This document shows positions 1-6,997 of a stretch of 8,887 bases of DNA, piece by piece. The position numbers and the translations under genes were made by a program. This DNA comes from Octopus sinensis. Lineage: Eukaryota. The stretch is taken from the NCBI RefSeq assembly GCF_006345805.1, contig NW_021828114.1, positions 1 to 8,887 of the forward strand, given 5' to 3'. Under the pieces are notes generated by a model, which saw nothing but the letters and a program-made list of their open reading frames with translations, was not told the DNA's origin and did not search any database. The number at the start of each line of letters is the position of its first letter. Position 1 is the stretch's first letter.

Positions 1-309
1 CCCCCCTGATTTCTAATCCCTCTCCTATTTCTCTATATTTTGCATGGTTTTTCAAAAAAATATGTTGTGTTTTACGTCCATTTTTTTTTGTTTTTTGCTT
101 TACATCTCTCTTTATCCTATGTTTTGTTTGTTTTGGTTTGTTCTGGAAAACTAAACCTTCGCAAAAAAAATATTTCTTCATTCTTGGAACAGTAATGCTC
201 TTGTTGATGCCATTGGCAGTTCGGAAAATATAAAGACAAACAAATGAATAAATAGCATAAAAAATATAAAAATGGCCATGTTTAAACAGCAGTCGTACTT
301 GTAATCTCT

Positions 310-364
310 CTGTCATCGTTCTGTCATCGTTCTGTCATCGTTCTGTCATTGCCCTGTCATTGCT
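310..364. repeat. 11-bp minisatellite, 5 copies (CTGTCATCGTT x3, CTGTCATTGCC, CTGTCATTGCT)
   Basis: Units read directly at 310-320, 321-331, 332-342, 343-353 and 354-364. Confidence 0.95.
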
Positions 365-554
365 CTCTTGTTAGGAGCAACAAGAACGTATAGAAGATTT
401 GTTTTGATAATTTTTGGTAATTTCTTCCTTAGGTCGCCTGTTTTTTTTTTATTATTTTCTCCCCCTCTCCTCTGTCTAGATATCTGTCTGTCTGTGTGTT
501 TGCTACTCTCTCCTCTCCTCCCTCCTTTCCTCCTCCCGCTCTCCTTCTCTTCTA

Positions 555-768
555 ATATATATGTGTAAATATGTATTATGTATGTATGCATATAATATTA
601 TATATATATAGATATAATATATATATATACATGTATATATATATATATACATGGGTATATATATATATATATATATATAATAATATATATAATATATATA
701 TATATATTTATAATATATATGTATATATACACACCCACATATATATATATATATATATACATATATAA
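555..768. repeat. Interrupted (TA)n microsatellite
   Basis: Alternating T/A with occasional C/G interruptions. Confidence 0.95.
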
Positions 769-972
769 AGCAAGCATATGTGTGTCTGTAAGAGTGAATA
801 TAAGCATCATGCATTTACACGCGTACATAATATCACGCGCATACACAGAAATATATATAAAGTTTCGCTTCCTTCCACGTATCTAATATGGCTGACAACT
901 TGATTCTGTATCTGTATATGGCTGTATATGCAGATGCAGATATGAATATACATGTCTCTACACTCACGTACG

Positions 973-1069
973 TACATACATACATACACACAAACATACA
1001 TACATACGCACAGCGTACATACATACATACATACATACATACATACATACATACATACATACATACATA
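973..1069. repeat. (TACA)n tetranucleotide microsatellite
   Basis: Pure TACA run at 1016-1067, with degenerate copies upstream. Confidence 0.95.
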
Positions 1070-1162
1070 GATTCCTACGTATTATATATTCACACATAAA
1101 AACGCACAACATACACATAGACACACATCTCCCTCTCTAACTCTCTCTTTCTGTGTGTGTGG

Positions 1163-1163
<1 letters not shown>

Positions 1164-1208
<45 letters not shown>

Positions 1209-1321
1209 TATATATACATATGGACATATACACACTTGCACACACATTCATGTAGAGTATACATATATATATACATATATACATGTATACACCACACAGA
1301 CATATACATGAATACAATATA

Positions 1322-1360
<39 letters not shown>

Positions 1361-1690
1361 TACATATACATATATACATATATGCATATACATATACATA
1401 TATATATATATGTATATATCATAAATATATATATATAAATTTATATATACATATTCAACCTGGGTGTAATGGATGTGTACACATTTATGCATGTACATAT
1501 ATGCATACATACAACGTACGGACAAATTAATACGCATAATATATATACATATATATATACACCGGTTACATATATACATATAAATATACATACATATATA
1601 TATATATATATATCAATATATATATATATATATATATATATAGATATATATATATATATATACTATATATATGTAATGTATGTATATGAT
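1164..1690. repeat. Compound (TA)n/(TACA)n low-complexity block
   Basis: Several long TA runs separated by short CA/TACA-rich spacers. Confidence 0.9.
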
Positions 1691-2034
1691 CCCAGAACAC
1701 AACATATATAAGATGAAGAGGCAAGAATGAATCTGAGAGTGACCCTAAATAAACCTGTATCTGACGTGTCTTCCATTCACTCTCACGGCCAATTGCTAAG
1801 CATGCATTGTTATCATTCAGTTAAATCGTTTAAGTCGCGTGTCATTTACAGTGTTCGTTGGAGTGGCATTTCAAAGAACGAGTGTGAATATGTATGCACA
1901 TTTAAGTAAAAACCCTAATTCAATCAAATAAGTGGATTTTTTTTTAAAGTAGGCAGCTGAGTGGAAATTTATAGAATAAAATACAACACGAAAATATTTA
2001 ACCTTCATGCATTTCACACGATTTATTTTATTTA

Positions 2035-2037
<3 letters not shown>

Positions 2038-2099
<62 letters not shown>
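2038..2099. repeat. (TTA)n microsatellite
   Basis: About 20 uninterrupted TTA units. Confidence 0.97.
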
Positions 2100-2206
2100 T
2101 GAATAATTATAAAAAATATCTCGCTATAGCACGTGAGTATGGTGAAATAGCCCGTGGTTTCTTTCACTATTTCTATTCTCAATATTGAATTGAATAGCTT
2201 GGTATT

Positions 2207-2350
2207 AGGCATGGGTGTGTGTTAAGCTGTTTGCTTCCCGACCACATGGTTTCGCGTTCAGTCCTACTGCGTGGTACCTTGAGGCAAGTATCTTCTACTA
2301 TAACTTCATACCGACCAAAGACTTCTGTGTGGTTTTGAAAGACGTCCGTC
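2207..2350 (+). mobile_element. Degenerate 5' half of a tRNA-derived SINE (Octopus-type, CORE-like segment)
   Basis: Degenerate Pol III A box (TGGGTGTGTGT, 2212-2222) and B-box-like GTTCAGTCC (2256-2264). These are followed by GTGGTACCTTGAGGCAAGTATCTT (2271-2294), which resembles the start of the MIR/CORE domain (GTGACCTTGGGCAAGTCACTT), then a (TA)n tract. Family identity is from recall of octopus SINEs. Confidence 0.65.
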
Positions 2351-2385
<35 letters not shown>

Positions 2386-2396
2386 ATATATATTAT
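2351..2396. repeat. (TA)n microsatellite
   Basis: Read directly; two single-base phase shifts. Confidence 0.95.
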
Positions 2397-2630
2397 AAAC
2401 AATATGCAGCGTGGAAGGTGTTTGTAAGCCATTTAAGAAACAACAAAAGCCGTTCGATTCACTTCAACATTTAAGTTTAATTTGTCAAAATATTTTCGTC
2501 GCTAAAATCCGCGACCTGTTCACTGACAAAAATCCGTTTCTTAAATGGCTTACAAACACCTTCCACGCTGCAATTGTTTTCGTTTCAGCACACGATCTGA
2601 GATCAAATTACTTGCTATGCGAGTACATCT

Positions 2631-2632
<2 letters not shown>
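2397..2632. mobile_element. Repeat element with internal inverted duplication, possibly a Penelope-like retroelement terminal-repeat remnant or MITE-like element
   Basis: 2405-2441 is the exact reverse complement of 2536-2572 (37 bp). The match extends to 2397-2441/2536-2579 with one indel. The right arm continues unpaired to 2632, and (TA)n flanks both sides. The inverted repeat is certain; the class is inferred. Confidence 0.5.

Positions 2633-2692
<60 letters not shown>
2633..2692. repeat. (TA)30 microsatellite
   Basis: Uninterrupted TA run. Confidence 0.97.
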
Positions 2693-2701
<9 letters not shown>

Positions 2702-2707
2702 CGTCCA

Positions 2708-2962
2708 GGTACTCCGTTGGTTACGATGACCAGGTTTCCAGTTGATCCGATCAACGGTACAGCCTGCTCGTGAAATTAATGAGCAAATGGCTGAGTACTC
2801 CACAGACACGTGTAGCCTTAAAGTACTTTTCGGGGAAATTCAACTTGACACAGAGTGTGACAACGCTGGCCCTTTGAAATACAGGTACAACAGAAACAGG
2901 AAGAAAGAATGAGAAAAAGTTATGGTGAAAGAGTACTGCAGGGTTTGCCTCTCCCCCGCCCC
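2708..2962 (-). mobile_element. 5'-truncated SINE body and 3' tail (no tRNA head in the window)
   Basis: GC-richer non-tandem block between microsatellites, recognised from memory as the reverse complement of an abundant octopus SINE 3' part. Contains a short palindrome, GTTGATC-C-GATCAAC (2741-2755). No second copy in the window confirms it. Confidence 0.5.
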
Positions 2963-2983
2963 TTCAGGGGTGGGGGAAGGGCA

Positions 2984-3082
2984 TGCATACATACATAAAT
3001 ACACACATACACATATATACATACACACGCGCACAGACACACACACACACACATATATACATATATATACGTATATATATAT
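2984..3082. repeat. Compound (CA)n/(TA)n microsatellite
   Basis: Read directly. Confidence 0.9.
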
Positions 3083-3085
3083 CGG

Positions 3086-3351
3086 AGACCCCACCTCTTC
3101 GGTCACGACACTGACCATGGGATTGCACCTAGAAAGTTATCCTCCCAGGCACAAGTCCAAGAAAGGTTGTGTTATGGAAGACCAGCAGTCACCCATGCAT
3201 ACCCTCTCCACGCCACCAGTGTTATCCAAGGGAAAGGCGAAGGGGCCGATACAGCTTGGCACCAGTGACGTCGCAACTCATTTCTACAGCTGAGAGAACT
3301 GGAGCAAGGTGAAATAAAATGTCTTGCTCAAGAACACAACACGCAGCCCGG
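3086..3351 (-). mobile_element. Headless CORE-SINE body (copy 1)
   Basis: Colinear with 3361-3624 from AGACCCC..CTTCGGTCACGA to CAAGAACACAACAC(G/A)CAGCCCGG, at roughly 80-85% identity by eye. The minus strand of 3277-3338 (TGTGTTCTTGAGCAAGACATTTTATTTCACCTTGCTCCAGTTCTCTCAGCTGTAGAAATGAG) aligns with the MIR/CORE consensus motif. Confidence 0.8.
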
Positions 3352-3695
3352 ATATATAAAAGACCCCCTTCGGTCACGAATGACCATGAGATTGCACCTA
3401 GAAAGATACCCTCCCAGCCAGAAGTCCGGTGAGGTTGTTTCTGGAAGACCAGCAGTCGCCCATGCATACCAGCCTCCCTCTCCACATCACCGATATTATC
3501 CAAAAGAAAGGCAAAGGTGCCGATACAGCTTGGCACCAGTGACGTCACAACTCATTACTAAAGGCGAGTGAAACGGAGCAGCGTGAAATAAAGTGTTTGC
3601 TCAAGAACACAACACACAGCCCGGTCAAGGGATTCGAACTCACAACCTCACGGTCGTAAGTTCGACAGTCTAACCACTGCGCCATGCACCTTCAC
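3352..3695 (-). mobile_element. Full-length tRNA-derived CORE-SINE (copy 2)
   Basis: On the minus strand: A box TGGCGCAGTGG (3684-3674), B box AGTTCGAATCC (3640-3630), then a CORE-like segment and a body homologous to copy 1, ending in TTTTATATAT. Confidence 0.85.
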
Positions 3696-3723
3696 ACACA
3701 GACACACACACACACACACACAC
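3693..3723. repeat. (CA)n microsatellite
   Basis: Read directly; one GA interruption. Confidence 0.95.
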
Positions 3724-3732
3724 ATTAATATA

Positions 3733-3870
3733 TTCTTTCTTATATCTTGTTTCAATGCTGAGATACCGCTTTGAAGAGATTACACGTACAAATACATCCC
3801 GAATGCTTATTCTATCCATCTCTTTTGCCTCACTTTTTAATGGGACGTAAACAAACTAGCACCGGTTTTC
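3733..3870 (-). mobile_element. Highly degenerate SINE 3' fragment, same family as 8184-8354
   Basis: GCTTATTCTATCCATCTCTTTTG...GGGACGTAAACAAACTAGCACCGGTT aligns with the reverse complement of 8190-8258 (ACTTATTCTATCGGTCTTTTTG...GGGGACGTAAACACACCAGCATCGGTT). CTTGTTTCA and ATGCTGAGATACCGCTTT match the distal tail. Confidence 0.7.
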
Positions 3871-4132
3871 CATGGATGGCGGAGAAGTCCAAAGGTGGGA
3901 AACTCTTTGCTGTTGTTGAATAATTCCAGGTTAATCTTGATCAAGCAATCATTTCCATGATTTCCTTTATCAACGAATAATATAGCTGTTACTTAATCAT
4001 CTAATGTCACCTGCTTGTAAGCTGAGGGAGATTAGGCTGCTGTTTCTAGCAGATTGTGCGACTGCAGCAAATTTCCTTCACTCCGTTTTTTTTTTTTTCA
4101 TTAGCTCCCTCTAATTTTGCCGATTTCCGTAT

Positions 4133-4180
4133 CACCACCACCACCACCACCACCACCACCACCACCACCACCACCACCAC
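4133..4180. repeat. (CAC)16 microsatellite
   Basis: Read directly. Confidence 0.97.
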
Positions 4181-4373
4181 TGCTACCTCGACCATCTCAG
4201 CCACTCGAACCTCAGCTCTCCCTTCTCTCCCCCCTCCGCCCTCATACCATCATCAACCTCCTTCGACTTCGTTCCTTAACCACGTCCCCCTTCATCGCTG
4301 CCATCGACCTTTACTCCCCCTCCTCCCAGCACGCTTTTATTCCGTCACTTTTCACATCTCTTGCCGCCACCCT

Positions 4374-4416
4374 TGACCTCTGAAGGTCATGACCTTAAAC
4401 CCTGCCCTGTCAATCC
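4374..4416. promoter_or_regulatory. Candidate nuclear-receptor response element (three AGGTCA half-sites) with an adjacent TALE-type motif
   Basis: TGACCT(4374-4379)-CTGA-AGGTCA(4384-4389)-TGACCT(4390-4395), with a 14-bp perfect palindrome AAGGTCATGACCTT at 4383-4396, and CTGTCAATCC at 4407-4416. The motifs are seen directly; function is untested. Confidence 0.4.
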
Positions 4417-4476
4417 TTATTATTCTTTTCAACGTACAGTTGTTCTATTAGAACACGCTAATGGTGCTTCCGAACG

Positions 4477-5043
4477 ATGGTGGCGACGGTGGCGGTGGGG
4501 GGGGATGGTGGTGGGTGATGGTGGTGGGTGATGGTGGTGGGTGATGGTGGTGGTGATGGTGGTGGTGAAGGCGGAGATTAAGGCGGTGGTTGTTGCAGTG
4601 GTTATTGTGATGGTGGCGGTGGTGGATTTCCATGAAGGTTAGGGTGAGGATCGAACTAACGGTGGTAGTAGGGGTTTTGTGTTGGGTTTGCAGTTGTGAT
4701 GGTAGTGGTGGTGGTAATGATAATACTGCTGAAAATGGTGTTGATGGTGGTGGTGCTGGTGGTATTTTTGATGGCGACGGTGGTGATGGTAGTTGTGGTG
4801 ATGATGGTGATAGTGGTGATGAGGGTGATAGTGGTGGTAGTGGTGATGGTGATGGTGGTGGTGGTGGTGATGGTGATGGTAGTAGTGGTGGTGATGGTGA
4901 TAGTGGTGGCGAGGGTAGTGGTAGTGGTGGTGGTAATCGTTATAGTGGTGATGAGGGTGATGGTCATGGTGGTGGTGGTAGTGGTGAGAGCGGTAGTGGT
5001 GGTGATGATAGTGGCGGTGACAGTATTGGTGATGGTTTTAATG

Positions 5044-5076
<33 letters not shown>

Positions 5077-5470
5077 GTAGTAGTAGTAGTAGTAGTAGAG
5101 GTGGTGGTGATGGTGGCGGTCATGGTTGTTGATGTGAGGTTGTGGTGGTCGTAGTGGTAGTAGTGGTAGTAGATGTGATGGTAGTGATGGTGGATTTTTC
5201 TTTTGTTTTTGTGGAAGGTGGGTTTCGTAGTAGAGGTGGTAGTAGTAGTAGTAGTATAGTAGAGTAGTAGTAGTGGTAGCAAGAGCAGTGATGCTCATTT
5301 CGGGTGGGGGTGGGGGGTCGAAGTTTTGCTAGTAAGAATAGCATTGGTGGCTGTTGTGGTGGTAGTTTTAAAGAGGGTGGTGGTTATGATAGCAGAGATG
5401 ACATTAGAAGGTGTATGGGTGATAGTAGGAGGTGTGATTAAAGTAGCGGTGGTGGTAGTGGAAGTGGTGG
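4477..5470. repeat. About 1-kb degenerate trinucleotide block (GGT/GAT/AGT)n
   Basis: Period-3 GGT/GAT/AGT units with a strongly C-depleted plus strand. Confidence 0.92.
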
Positions 5471-5601
5471 CTGAAACGATTCAACTTATCACTTTCAATT
5501 AAAGAACGAAATTTAATCGATTCCTTCTCACCCTCAAAACCTTACCGCATTCGACCCACCCTCTATTCTCCTCCTCTTTCTCCTCCCCCTTCAACATTCG
5601 A

Positions 5602-5686
5602 CCTTCCTTCCTTTCCTTCCTTCTTTCTTTCCTTCCTTCTTCCTTCCTTCCCTCTTTTCTTCCTTCCTTCTTTCCTTTCCTTCTCT
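5602..5686. repeat. (TTCC)n-like polypyrimidine tract
   Basis: Exclusively C/T. Confidence 0.92.
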
Positions 5687-5754
5687 ACAAAGTGACTTGT
5701 TTTTAACCATTTAGACTTGCTTTCTTGATCGAAGGTGTCTTTATTGATGCGGTT

Positions 5755-5850
5755 TATGTTGTTGTTGTTGTAATTGCTATTGATGTTGTTGTTGTTGTTG
5801 TTGTTTTTGCTGTTGTTGCTGTTGCTGCTGTTGATAATGATGATGACGCC
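5755..5850. repeat. (TTG)n/(CTG)n/(ATG)n compound microsatellite
   Basis: Read directly. Confidence 0.9.
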
Positions 5851-5937
5851 GGCGATGATTATAACGATTAAGATAATTCTCCTCTCTTCGTTTTCTCTGC
5901 CTTTCAAAATTGTTGGCCTTGTGCCTAACTGGGAAGC

Positions 5938-5938
<1 letters not shown>

Positions 5939-5981
<43 letters not shown>

Positions 5982-6075
5982 ACATCATCATCAACATCAT
6001 CATCGCCATCATCATCGCCATCATCATCACCATCATCATCACTATGATCATCATCATCATCAACATCATCATCAG

Positions 6076-6129
<54 letters not shown>

Positions 6130-6260
6130 CATCGTCGTCATCATCATCATCATCGTCGTCGTCGTCGTCATCATCATCTTCGTCGTCGTCACCACCACCA
6201 CCACCACCACCACCACCACCACCACCACCACCACCACTACCACCACTACCGCCGCCACCA
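5939..6260. repeat. Compound in-phase trinucleotide array (CAT)n-(TAT)n-(CAT/CGT)n-(CAC)n
   Basis: Read directly; the period-3 phase is kept across motif switches. Confidence 0.95.
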
Positions 6261-6359
6261 TCCTCATTGCCCTTCTCTAAGTATGCACCTGTAGATTGGA
6301 GGGCAGGAGAGAGAGAGAGAGAGCGCTCGTACCTTTTGGTAGTCAGGGCAGTTTTGGAT

Positions 6360-6695
6360 CCCACTCAAAAGGTCTCTGAATAAGGGTTGTTTAAGGGGGA
6401 TGAACAAAACACCCATGTTTCCAAAGGTGAATTATCCAAACCTCAAAAATCCCTCTCAATACACGGCTATGATGCTCCCCCGTACTTTTGCTCGTGATTA
6501 GAGATGCACACATCGTCAGCCACTAATAAGGGACATGCCCAACTGGTTAAGGTCAAACAACTGACAAGCAAATCTGTGGTATTGAGCAGAATATTTGCTG
6601 TAGGCCATCTTTTATACCAAGACAAAACAATGTACATGATAACACTTCCAATCAGTTAAGATCAGAAGCCATGAGAGCCACTGCCTGGTACTGCA
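6360..6695. mobile_element. Interspersed repeat fragment (recalled octopus repeat, possibly the non-coding part of a non-LTR retroelement)
   Basis: Sharp-edged non-tandem block abutting (TTA)n. Recognised from memory only, with no internal confirmation, so class and strand are uncertain. Confidence 0.4.
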
Positions 6696-6701
6696 TTATT
6701 G

Positions 6702-6778
<77 letters not shown>

Positions 6779-6833
6779 ATTATTTTTATTATTATTATTA
6801 TTATTATATGTTTTTTATTATTATTATTATTAT
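6696..6833. repeat. Interrupted (TTA)n microsatellite
   Basis: Read directly. Confidence 0.95.
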
Positions 6834-6941
6834 TTTTTCCTTCTTTCAAATTTGTTTCCATTTCTTGCGAGTGTGTTCCCGACTCCTAGGGCAAAGAAAC
6901 TCATAGTATACATTGGTAGGCCATTAAACTAAACTCAATAG

Positions 6942-6942
<1 letters not shown>

Positions 6943-6994
<52 letters not shown>
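6943..6994. repeat. (TTA)n microsatellite
   Basis: Read directly. Confidence 0.96.

Positions 6995-6997
<3 letters not shown>

Noticed and set aside
310-364. CRISPR-like array
   Set aside because: The units are contiguous 11-mers with no unique spacers, the context is eukaryotic, and there are no cas genes.
368-2188. Supplied ORFs rich in Y/I/H/T/C/V/M
   Set aside because: They are translations of (TA)n, (TACA)n, (CA)n and (TTA)n tracts, open only because those repeats lack stop codons in that frame.
2411-3571. ORFs of 60-123 aa with ordinary-looking composition
   Set aside because: They run through SINE and inverted-repeat sequence. The two homologous SINE bodies differ by frame-breaking indels, and there is no RT, endonuclease or other recognisable motif.
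3625-3695. tRNA gene on the minus strand
   Set aside because: A and B boxes are present, but the acceptor and anticodon stems pair poorly and the sequence continues directly into a SINE body. It is a SINE head.
5303-5317. Three-tier G-quadruplex (GGGTGGGGGTGGGGGG)
   Set aside because: There are only three separable G-tracts, so it does not meet the four-tract pattern.
4056-5344. Gly/Asp/Ser-rich 166-aa ORF (with a signal-peptide-like start) and poly-Thr, poly-Val, poly-Pro and poly-His ORFs
   Set aside because: Several overlapping frames on both strands are open at once, as expected for GGT/GAT/AGT repeats. There is no splice or domain evidence. Expression data would be needed to revive the 4632-5132 frame.
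5905-5932. CAAAATTGTTGGCCTTGTGCCTA, reminiscent of an octopus SINE tail variant
   Set aside because: Too short and recognised only from memory, so it is not reported as a feature.
6069-6075. CTGATGA hammerhead core on the minus strand
   Set aside because: It lies inside the (CAT)n array with no following stem or GAAA.
5563-6932. Poly-G/D/N/Q 195-aa ORF and poly-I/M/V/L ORFs
   Set aside because: They are homopolymer translations of compound trinucleotide arrays with no folded domain.
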